Of a stretch of DNA of 50,133 bases, positions 12,456 to 23,600 are shown one piece after another. The DNA lies in the NCBI GenBank assembly GCA_032718475.1, contig JAUCBJ010000796.1:1-50133 (forward strand), in the 5' to 3' direction. A program made the position numbers and the translations under genes. The DNA comes from Nemertoderma westbladi (Eukaryota; Animalia; Xenacoelomorpha). The notes under the pieces were generated by a model that was not told the DNA's origin, ran no database searches, and saw only the letters and a list, made by a program, of their open reading frames with translations. Within the stretch, counting starts at the first letter, position 1, and every line of letters begins with the position of its first letter.

Positions 12456-15400
12456 TCTTGCGAGGACACCAGATCTAAACTTCTTGCATTGACTCCATTT
12501 CCATTGCTTGAAGATGCTGTAAATCTTTGTAGGTCTGAGGAATCAGCCCAAGCTGGAGTTCAGGATTTAAAAAACCCTTCAATCAACCAAGCTTCTCGAC
12601 AATCTCGTTTTCACAACAAAAAGCCTTATAATTCCAGGCGCAACAATTCTTCTAAATCCAATTCCAGAAACAATTCTTCAACTACTGGCCCTATAGTTTG
12701 TTATGGTTGTGGTAAAACAGACCATAAACGCGCTGACTGTCCAGCAAGGAACAAAGATTGTTCTTATTGTGGCAAGGAAGGCCACTTTGCCAATGTTTGT
12801 CGGTCTAAACAAAATAATTCGAATTCATCTTCAAAACCTAAGACAAAACCCATTAGCCGCATCACCCTCAATTTGGTTGGAAGCCATAATCGTCAAGCTC
12901 CGAAAGTATTTCTGAACTTCTGTCATATCGCAACAGGACATTTATTCGGTTCTCTCAAAGCAACTCCAGATACTGGTGCTGAGGCCACTGTTGCCGGCTT
13001 AGATTTTCTTCAGGCCCTTTCTATTGACAAAGAAAATTTACTACCACCAGACCATGATGATCTTTCTGCTGCTAATGGTAGTCTTCTTTCATGCATTGGT
13101 CTCCTCCACACCACAATTTCCTATGGTGAATATTCAACTGATGAGCTTATCTGCATTTGTGAAGAAGTCAATGGAATTCTTTTGGCATGGTATACTTGTC
13201 AAAACCTAGGAATTATTTCAAGTTCATATCCAGAACCAGTTGCAGAAATTCAGTATGTTGCTTCTTCTAATTCTTCTAATATGTCACCAATTGGTATTAA
13301 AAACTCAATTCCAACAACATCATTCAAGGTTGACTTCCATCTTTCTGATGAACCTTCGCCTTCAGAATGGGATACTGTTAAGCAGAAACTCATAAAGGCT
13401 TATTCTGATGTTTTTGACCAAGATGACAAACTTCGTCCAATGAATGGCCCACCCATGACCATTTCATTAAAAGATGATGCCCAACCATATGCTATTCATA
13501 CAGCCAGGCAACTTCCTTTAGCCATTAGAGACTGGGCTAAAGCTCGCTTAGAGAAAATGGTTGAACAAGGTATTATTTGTCCAGTTCTGGATAACGAACC
13601 AACTGATTGGGTCCATCCATCCGATATCACTTCCGATATCACTTCTGATATCACTTCCGATATCACTTCCGATATCACTTCTGATATCACTTCCGATATC
13701 ATTTCCGATATCACTTCCGATATCACTTCCGATATCACTTCCAATATCACTTCCGATATCACTTCTGATATCACTTCCGATATCACTTCCGATATCAGTT
13801 CTGATATCACTTCCGATATCACTTCCGATATCACTTCTGATATCACTTCCGATATCACTTCCGATATCACTTCTGATATCACTTCCGATATCATTTCCGA
13901 TATCACTTCCGATATCACTTCCGATATCACTTCTGATATCACTTCCGATATCACTTCCGATATCACTTCTGATATCACTTCCGATATCATTTCCGATATC
14001 ACTTCCGATATCACTTCCGATATCACTTCCAATATCACTTCCGATATCACTTCTGATATCACTTCCGATATCACTTCCGATATCAGTTCTGATATCACTT
14101 CCGATATCACTTCCGATATCACTTCCAATATCACTTCCGATATCACTTCCGATATCACTTCCGATATCGATTCGATTCCAGACGCACTTTCCCGTGCCCC
14201 TGTTTCGGATCCTACTCCAGAGGATATTCTTTGTGATACAGATGTCAATGACCATGTTTCCGCAGTCATTCGTCACGTGTCTACCTCAATTGTTGTTTCT
14301 GATGCTCCAAGTCATCTCAAGGATTCATATATTGAGTCTATCCGATCATCTGCAAAGGATGATATTTCTTACATGGCTTTGGTGGATGCTGTTATTTCTG
14401 GATTTGCCTCAACATCCACACAATGTTCTGTGCACATACGCCCATTCTGGAATGTGCGACATCAGTTATCTTGTGAAGATAATCTTCTTTTATTAGGTTC
14501 CCGGATTGTAATTCCATCTTCCCTCCGCAAGAATGTCCTGAAGCACCTTCATGATGCTCATCAGGGCATTGAACGTTATAAGAGGAGAGCTAGGCAAACT
14601 GTATTCTGGCCTGGTATCAATAGCGATATTACAAACATAGTCAATTCTTGTCCCCAGTGTCAACTTTATCAACCAAGTTTACCTAAAGAGTCTCTCCAAA
14701 GCGACCCTCATCCATGTCTTCCAATGGAGGATTGCTCTGCTGATCTTTTCTACTTCAGCACCTGGTCATACCTGGTTTATGTCGATAGATATTCTGGGTG
14801 GCCATGCGTTCATTCTTGGCGTGCCGATCCTTCCAGCTCTCAAGTTATTTCAGCTCTTCGAGGATGGTTCAAAGATTTCGGTATTCCAAAACGCCTTCGT
14901 TCTGATGGTGGTACACAATTTAATTCAGCACGTTATCATGATTTCTTATCCGAATGGAATATCATCCCTGAGTATTCTACTCCTGAGTATCCTCAGTCTA
15001 ATGGCCATGCAGAGGGGGCTGTAAAGGCCATGAAATCATTGATAAAAAAGTTAGATGTCAAAGGAGATCTAAACTCTACTTGCTTTGTTCGTGGTTTGCT
15101 GGAATGGAGAAATACTCCTAAAGAACATGGTATGTCTCCAGCTCAACTGTTGTTCGGTAGATCCCTCCGTTCTACTATACCAGCTCATTCATCCACACTG
15201 GCAGGTGATTCATTCCCTATCCCTGGTCCTTCAACGTCTTCAGCAACTGAATCATATTATAATGATCATGCTCACGACTTAACCCCGATTCCTATTGGTT
15301 CCCGAGTTTGCATCCAGAGTGCACAGTCCAAACTATGGAACAAATCTGGTACGGTATCGTCCTTTCCCGTGGTACTAGGCGAGATTACCGGATAGAACTA

Positions 15401-15565
15401 GACAATGGTCGGGTGTATTGGAGAAATCGTCGTTATCTACATTCCATCCCAGATGACTCTTCTCTTCGTGACATAACGCCTCAAAAACAGGTACAGTTTG
15501 CTGATGATCTTCCCAGGCGCAGTTCGAGAACTCACAAGCAACCAGCAAGATTCGGAGTTCAATGA
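12456..15565 (+). pseudogene. pol: Gypsy gag C-terminus, protease, RT stub, (SDIT)n insert and integrase; frameshift near 15350
   Basis: CYGCGKTDHKRADC..CSYCGKEGHFANVC; TPDTGAE; RT N-terminus ending EPTDWVHP; IPDALSRAP; HDAHQG..C..C; ADLF/RSDGG/GHAEG. The C-terminal RDYRIELDNGRVYWRNRRYL is in a different frame. Confidence 0.9.
13620..14168. repeat. 12-bp minisatellite (TCCGATATCACT)n, ~45.7 units, inside Gypsy pol
   Basis: Strict 12-bp periodicity with variants TCTGAT, TCCAAT, ATCATT and ATCAGT; GATATC palindrome in most units. Confidence 0.97.
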
Positions 15566-15635
15566 ACTGACCTATTGGTGGTGGTTGGATTTTTTTTTTC
15601 AGTACAAATGTCTCCTACATTGTTCTTGGGGGAGA

Positions 15636-15936
15636 TGTTAGATTATGTATTGTTAGGGCTCTAGTAGACCCTGGCTTGGTGGTGGTTAGATCCAACCTAC
15701 TGGTCTTTTACCTACCGGTCCTCTTCTGGTATTCCGGTATTCAGTCTTTCCTATCTTCTAGGTCTGTAGGTACAGTAACCGTTACCGGTACCTACTGTAC
15801 TGCTGTACTGATGTGCTGTAAGGTGGTGGGTGTGTTTGTTGGTCTGTTGGTTCATATTATTGTTTGATATGCTGTTCTGTATGTCGACCATTAATAAACT
15901 GATGCACCTGGTATTCATTTATTTCCGATCCCAATA
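15636..15936 (+). repeat. Gypsy 3' LTR
   Basis: Direct repeat of 4464-4764, preceded by the PPT and followed by TSD CATAA. Confidence 0.95.
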
Positions 15937-17310
15937 CATAATGAATTTACAATGTTTTGATCCAAGTAGTTTGTTTCACAAACGAACGTAGCGAGTGTGA
16001 GACAATGACGATACGAGAATCAGTATACTGTCAATTACTTTTCAACATATAATAGTTAACTATAATGTTTTGTAAGTAGTTATTAGCTGAGTTTGAACGT
16101 CTCATTAAATCTATATTGTAAAGTTGTACAATCACGAACCACTTGCTGATTAAAAACGCCAAAATAATGTAAATATTTGTATCGGAACCTTTGTAACCTT
16201 GATGCCTCCTTTGTAAAGATATACATTTTCCACAGTTACAATAAGCAGATCTAATGTTCTATAAAAACAACTAACAGCTAGCAATACTAGCGGCCGTTAA
16301 GTATTAATGACATTTTGGAGTTACAGATGCACAACTACTATAGTGCTAAACACTGAAATTAAATTCAAATAATTTCAGTTTCAGTTTGCCATCCCATCTT
16401 AATTCAGTTTCAGTCTGAAAAATAATTGGATTTCAGTTTCAGTTTAATAGTGTTCAGCACAAAGGACTCCACAAACACAACATGCCACACAACACACAAC
16501 AGATAAATCAACCACGAGATGTTAGATTTCGTAAAAAAGCACAACTTTAAATGAAATACATGTTAAGTAAAACCAAACAATTAGTTGAATTCTGCATTTT
16601 GGCATCATTAAGTTAGACTCCTATGTACGGCTTTATTATTGCTAATAAAACCTTTATTGATTATAGTAAATCACTAAATACAAGTACGAACTAACAGGGA
16701 TGAGCTCAAATAGTATTAATATATTACACATAAATAATATCAGTTTTAACAAATTGACGCGCCAAAGGATATTCGAGTTGAGAATTTATAATTGTTAGAC
16801 TATAGGGTGTCTCACCCTTAGCACCAGTAAGGTTTACATGGATTTTAAAGTTATTCAATGAACTGCCACCATTCAAGAAATGAAACTTCCCCTATCCCCA
16901 TAACAATCCCATTTTTGTACGGTTTCTCTCAAACTAATCGTTCATTAAGTTTATTTTGGACACTTACACATCAAAATATTCACAATATTTAAGGCAAAAC
17001 AGCACAAATTGTAAACATAAATCCAGGCGGTGTATCAAAAAATAAATTCTAATGTGGGGCGAGCCACAAAGTCAATGTACCGAAGCATATCTTTTACAAC
17101 CGACCAAATTGAGGCAATATCTCAGCAATGACAGTGACATGTTATAAAATTTGGTAGTTTGTAAATAAGTTAACAGTTTTACAGCAAATTTGGCTGAAAG
17201 GAGCACTCAAATTTTGACCAAAATTTATCCTAGTTTTTAAAATTTGGAGCGCAATTCCAAATTCACCTTAACTAGAAAATGTAACGCTAAGGGTCATAGA
17301 CTTCGTGGAA

Positions 17311-19839
17311 AGTGGAACTGTAGTGGAACTGTACCGCTAGTGGAAGTGTTGTACCGTTAGTGGAACTGTTGTACCGCTAGCGGAACTGTTGTACCACTAG
17401 CGGAACTGTTGTACCTCTAGCGGAACTGTACCGCTAGCGGAACTGTACCGCTAGCGGAACTGTACCGTTAGCGGAACTGTACCGCTAGCGGAACTGTTGT
17501 ACCGTTAGTGGAACTGTTGTACCGCTAGTGGAATTGTTGTACCGCTAGTGGAACTGTTGTAGCGTTAGTGGAACTGTTGTACCACTAGCCGAACTGTTGT
17601 ACCACTAGCGGAACTGTTGTACCTCTAGCGGAACTGTACCGCTAGCGGAACTGTACCGCTAGCGGAACTGTACCGTTAGCGGAACTGTACCGCTAGCGGA
17701 ACTGTTGTACCGTTAGTGGAACTGTTGTACCGCTAGTGGAATTGTTGTACCGCTAGTGGAACTGTTGTAGCGTTAGTGGAACTGTTGTACCGCTAGCGGA
17801 ACTGTTGTACCGTTAGTGGAACTGTTGTACCGCTAGCGGAACTGTTGTACCACTAGCGGAACTGTTGTACCGCTAGCGGAACTGTTGTACCGCTAGCGGA
17901 ACTGTTGTACCGCTAGCGGAACTGTTGTACCGCTAGCGGAACTGTACCGCTAGCGGAACTGTACCGCTAGCGGAACTGTTGTACCGTTAGTGGAACTGTA
18001 CCGCTAGCGGAACTGTTGTACCGTTAGTGGAACTGTTGTACAGCTAGTGGAATTGTTGTACCGCTAGTGGAACTGTTGTAGCGTTAGTGGAACCGTTGTA
18101 CCGCTAGCGGAACTGTTGTACCGCTAGCGGAACTGTTGTACCGCTAGCGGAACTGTTGTGCCGCTAGCGGAACTGTTGTACCTTTAGTGGAACTGTTGTA
18201 CCACTAGCGGAACTGTTGTACCTTTAGTGGAACTGTTGTACCACTAGCGGAACTGTTGTACCACTAGCGGAACTGTTGTACTTTAGTGGAACTGTTGTAC
18301 CGTTAGCGGAACTGTTGTACCGTTAGCGGAACTGTTGTACCGTTAGTGGAACTGTTGTACCGCTAGCGGAACTGTTGTACCATTAGTGGAACTGTTGTAC
18401 CGTTAGCGGAACTGTTGTACCGCTATCGGAACCGTTGTACCACTAGCGGAACTGTTGTACCTTTAGTGGAACTGTTGTACCGCTAGCGTAACTGCTGTAC
18501 CGCTACTGGAACTGTTGTACCGCTAGTGGGACTGTTGTACCGCTAGTGGAACTATTGTACCGCAAGTGGAACTGTTGTACCGTTAGCGGAACTGTTGTAC
18601 CACTAGCGGAACTGTTGTAGCGTTAGTGGAACTGTTGTACCACTAGCGGAACTGTTGTACCACTAGCGGAACTGTTGTACCACTAGCGGAACTGTTGTAC
18701 CACTAGCGGAACTGTTGTACCGTTAGCGGAACTGTTGTACCGTTAGTGGAACTGTTGTACCGCTAGCGGAACCGTTGTACCACTAGCGGAACTGTTGTAC
18801 CTTTAGTGGAACTGTTGTACCGCTAGCGTAACTGCTGTACCGCTACTGGAACTGTTGTACCGCTAGTGGGACTGTTGTACCGTTAGTGGAACTGTTGTAC
18901 CGCTAGCGGAACTGTTGTAGCGTTAGTGGAACTGTTGTACCGCTAGCGGAACTGTTGTACCACTAGCGGAACTGTTGTACCACTAGCGGAACTGTTGTAC
19001 CACTAGCGGAACTGTTGTACCGTTAGCGGAACTGTTGTACCGTTAGTGGAACTGTACCGCTACTGGAACTGTTGTACCGCTAGTGGGACTGTTGTACCGC
19101 TAGTGGAACTATTGTACCGCAAGTGGAACTGTTGTACCGTTAGCGGAACTGTTGTACCACTAGCGGAACTGTTGTAGCGTTAGTGGAACTGTTGTACCAC
19201 TAGCGGAACTGTTGTACCACTAGCGGAACTGTTGTACCACTAGCGGAACTGTTGTACCACTAGCGGAACTGTTGTACCGCTAGCGGAACTGTTGTACCAC
19301 TAGCGGAACTGTTGTACCGTTAGCGGAACTGTTGTACCGTTAGTGGAACTGTACCGTTAGCGGAACTGTTGTACCGTTAGTGGAACTGTTGTACCGCTAG
19401 CGGAACTGTTGTAGCGTTAGTGGAACTGTTGTACCGCTAGCGGAACTGTTGTACCACTAGCGGAACTGTTGTACCACTAGCGGAACTGTTGTACCACTAG
19501 CGGAACTGTTGTAGCATTAGTGGAACTGTTGTACCACTAGCGGAACTGTTGTACCACTAGCGGAACTGTTGTACCACTAGCGGAACTGTTGTACCACTAG
19601 CGGAACTGTTGTACCACTAGCGGAACTGTTGTACCGTTAGTGGAACTGTTGTACCGTTAGTGGAACTGTTGTACCGCTAGCGGAACTGTTGTAGCGTTAG
19701 TGGAACTGTTGTACCGCTAGCGGAACTGTTGTACCACTAGCGGAACTGTTGTACCGTTAGCGGAACTGTTGTACCGTTAGTGGAACTGTACCGCTAGCGG
19801 AACTGTTGTACCATTAGTAGAACTGTTGTACCGTTAGTG
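17311..19839. repeat. 20-bp satellite (GGAACTGTTGTACCGCTAGC)n with 17-bp deletion variants, ~2.5 kb
   Basis: Continuous tandem array. A 200-bp higher-order duplication is visible (~17381-17580 vs ~17581-17780). Confidence 0.97.
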
Positions 19840-19902
19840 AACGAAGACGCTTTAGGAATAAAAAGTAGGGAATTGCCAATATGCCGGAAGTCTCGCGATG
19901 AC

Positions 19903-20214
19903 TCATAATTCAGATTTTGGTACATGGACCGACTTGAGTTCCTCGATCCGTCTAATAAAGTCCCCCTTCTCAGCGCACCCCCTGCATGCCTCGCCCCAAT
20001 CCTCGAGGATTTTCTTCAGCTCTCTCACTCTCATCCGATTAAGATCCACCGACTTCCAATCGATCTTCTTATCGTACCGCAGTTCGCAGACCTGCGCGTC
20101 CAATTTATTCATTTTCTCACATATTTTTGAAGCCGGTAGGTAGTTGATGAGCGGCTGGGCCACTTGGCCTAACAGACCCGTGGCTGCGTTCTCGGAACCA
20201 CCGATATACCAACA
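19903..20214 (-). CDS. MANF: MANF/ARMET exon 3 (last coding exon)
   Basis: Acceptor TTCCAG| before 20214. Encodes CWYIGGSENAATGLLGQVAQPLINYLPASKICEK...DAQVCELRYDK...LKKILEDWGEACRGCAEKGDFIRRIEEL...KSEL*: SAP-like domain, CxxC and a KDEL-like tail. Confidence 0.93.
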   Translation of the reverse strand, partial: CWYIGGSENAATGLLGQVAQPLINYLPASKICEKMNKLDAQVCELRYDKKIDWKSVDLNRMRVRELKKILEDWGEACRGCAEKGDFIRRIEELKSVHVPKSEL

Positions 20215-20610
20215 CTGGAATACAAAGAATGGCGTTATGGCGTTATTACGATGGCGTCAGGCACGGCGCACGCTCTCCGATCAAATAAAAGGCCAGACAA
20301 TAAAACCTACAGATAACAAATATGATACTAAATAAAAACGTTATAGCTCGTATTCCTCTTTAAAATAGCATGTCTTTAATCTTGTCTTAAAAGATGCTCT
20401 ATCTCTTTTTATTCAAACACAAAAAAAAATTTAGCGAACAATATTTCAACACTAGGTGAATTGTTTTGGTTAAAATAAAATTATTTTTGGGGTAAAACTT
20501 TATAGTTATTAAAATTGTGGATGACATTAACCAGAACTCCAATGTATGCTGACGATACAAACATCCTCGCAACAACGACGGAACGTTGTATACACCCCCC
20601 CCCCCCCCCC

Positions 20611-23600
20611 CAACCCGCTCCCACAATGGCGTTCCGAACTTTGTACCCATTTTCCCTTACCAACCCGTTCCCACAATGGCGTTCCAAACTTTGTATCCAT
20701 TTTTCCCTATCAACCCGTTCCCACAATGGCGTTCCAAACTTTGTATCCATTTCCCCCTATCAACCCGTTCCCACAATGGCGTTCCAAACTTTGTATCCAT
20801 TTTTCCCTATCAACCCGTTCCCACAATGGCGTTCCAAACTTTGTATCCATTTCCCCCTATCAACCCGTTCCCACAATGGCGTTCCAAACTTTGTATCCAT
20901 TTCCCCCAACCAACCCGTTCCCACAATGGCGTTCCGAACTTTGTATCCATTTCCCTTACCAACCCGTTCCCACAATGGTGTTCCGAACTTTGTATCCATT
21001 TTCCCTTACCAACCCGTTCCCACAATGGCGTTCCAAACTTTGTATCCATTTCCCCCTATCAACCCGTTCCCACAATGGCGTTCCAAACTTTGTATCCATT
21101 TCCCCCTATCAACCCGTTCCCACAATGGCGTTCCAAACTTTGTATCCATTTTTCCCTATCAACCCGTTCCCACAATGGCGTTCCGAACTTTGTATCCATT
21201 TCCCCCTATCAACCCGTTCCCACAATGGCGTTCCAAACTTTGTATCCATTTTCCCTTACCAACCCGTTCCCACAATGGCGTTCCGAACTTTGTATCCATT
21301 TTTCCCTATCAACCCGTTCCCACAATGGCGTTCCAATCTTTGTATCCATTTCCCCCTATCAACCCGTTCCCACAATGGCGTTCCAAACTTTGTATCCATT
21401 TTTCCCTATCAACCCGTTCCCACAATGGCGTTCCAAACTTTGTATCCATTTCCCCCTATCAACCCGTTCCCACAATGGCGTTCCAAACTTTGTATCCATT
21501 TCCCCCAACCAACCCGTTCCCACAATGGCGTTCCGAACTTTGTATCCATTTCCCTTACCAACCCGTTCCCACAATGGTGTTCCGAACTTTGTATCCATTT
21601 CCCTTACCAACCCGTTCCCACAATGGTGTTCCGAACTTTGTATCCATTTTCCCTTACCAACCCGTTCCCACAATGGCGTTCCAAACTTTGTATCCATTTC
21701 CCCCTATCAACCCGTTCCCACAATGGCGTTCCAAACTTTGTATCCATTTCCCCCTATCAACCCGTTCCCACAATGGCGTTCCAAACTTTGTATCCATTTT
21801 CCCTTACCAACCCGTTCCCACAATGGCGTTCCAAACTTTGTATCCATTTTTCCCTATCAACCCGTTCCCACAATGGCGTTCCAAACTTTGTACCCATTTT
21901 CCCTTACCAACCCGTTCCCACAATGGCGTTCCAAACTTTGTATCCATTTTTCCCTATCAACCCGTTCCCACAATGGCGTTCCAAACTTTGTATCCATTTC
22001 CCCCTATCAACCCGTTCCCACAATGGCGTTCCAAACTTTGTATCCATTTTTCCCTATCAACCCGTTCCCACAATGGCGTTCCAAACTTTGTATCCATTTT
22101 TCCCTATCAACCCGTTCCCACAATGGCGTTCCAAACTTTGTATCCATTTCCCCCTATCAACCCGTTCCCACAATGGCGTTCCAAACTTTGTATCCATTTC
22201 CCCCAACCAACCCGTTCCCACAATGGCGTTCCGAACTTTGTATCCATTTCCCTTACCAACCCGTTCCCACAATGGTGTTCCGAACTTTGTATCCATTTTC
22301 CCTTACCAACCCGTTCCCACAATGGCGTTCCAAACTTTGTATCCATTTCCCCCTATCAACCCGTTCCCACAATGGCGTTCCAAACTTTGTATCCATTTCC
22401 CCCTATCAACCCGTTCCCACAATGGCGTTCCAAACTTTGTATCCATTTTTCCCTATCAACCCGTTCCCACAATGGCATTCCGAACTTTGTATCCATTTCC
22501 CTTACCAACCCGTTCCCACAATGGCGTTCCGAACTTTGTATCCATTTTCCCTTACCAACCCGTTCCCACAATGGCGTTCCGAACTTTGTACCCATTTTCC
22601 CTTACCAACCCGTTCCCACAATGGCGTTCCAAACTTTGTATCCATTTTTCCCTATCAACCCGTTCCCACAATGGCGTTCCAAACTTTGTATCCATTTCCC
22701 CCTATCAACCCGTTCCCACAATGGCGTTCCAAACTTTGTATCCATTTTTCCCTATCAACCCGTTCCCACAATGGCGTTCCAAACTTTGTATCCATTTCCC
22801 CCTATCAACCCGTTCCCACAATGGCGTTCCAAACTTTGTATCCATTTCCCCCAACCAACCCATTCCCACAATGGCGTTCCGAACTTTGTATCCATTTCCC
22901 TTACCAACCCGTTCCCACAATGGTGTTCCGAACTTTGTATCCATTTTCCCTTACCAACCCGTTCCCACAATGGCGTTCCGAACTTTGTACCCATTTTCCC
23001 TTACCAACCCGTTCCCACAATGGCGTTCCAAACTTTGTATCCATTTTTCCCTATCAACCCGTTCCCACAATGGCGTTCCGAACTTTGTATCCATTTCCCC
23101 CTATCAACCCGTTCCCACAATGGCGTTCCAAACTTTGTATCCATTTCCCCCTATCATCCCGTTCCCACAATGGCGTTCCAAACTTTGTATCCATTTTCCC
23201 TTACCAACCCGTTCCCACAATGGCGTTCCGAACTTTGTATCCATTTTCCCTTACCAACCCGTTCCCACAATGACGTTCCGAACTTTGTATCCATTTTCCC
23301 TTACCAACCCATTCCCACAATGGCGTTCCGAACTTGTATCCATTTTTCCCTATCAACCCGTTCCCACAATGGCGTTCCGAACTTTGTACTCATTTTCCCT
23401 TACCAACCCGTTCCCACAATGGCGTTCCAAACTTTGTATCCATTTTTCCCTATCAACCCGTTCCCACAATGGCGTTCCGAACTTTGTATCCATTTCCCCC
23501 TATCAACCCGTTCCCACAATGGCGTTCCAAACTTTGTATCCATTTCCCCCTATCATCCCGTTCCCACAATGGCGTTCCAAACTTTGTATCCATTTTCCCT

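Larger units (their letters stand above)
4464..15936 (+). mobile_element. Ty3/Gypsy LTR retrotransposon (Mag-like), interrupted by a BEL/Pao element and lacking RT/RNase H
   Basis: LTRs 4464-4764 and 15636-15936 (301 bp, 2 differences). TSD CATAA (4459-4463 / 15937-15941). PBS TGGCGCAGTG at 4765, PPT GGGGGAGA at 15628-15635. Gag with paired Cys/His knuckles, protease DTGA, integrase HHCC + DDE. Confidence 0.95.

Noticed and set aside
13496-14496. (ISEV)n, (DIGS)n and (PISL)n ORFs as separate genes
   Set aside because: These are alternative frames of the 12-bp minisatellite.
16341-16461. Tiny hAT-like element (TAGTGCTAAACACT...AGTGTTCAGCAC)
   Set aside because: The inverted ends are short and imperfect and no TSD was found.
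17311-19839. CRISPR array or coding repeat
   Set aside because: Head-to-tail 20-mers without spacers; TAG in nearly every unit and no long ORF.
20540-20580. MYADDTNIL reverse-transcriptase-like motif at the satellite's left edge
   Set aside because: Only ~10 aa with no other RT motifs nearby, and the adjacent bases resemble a decayed satellite unit. It may be a tiny LINE relic but cannot be supported.
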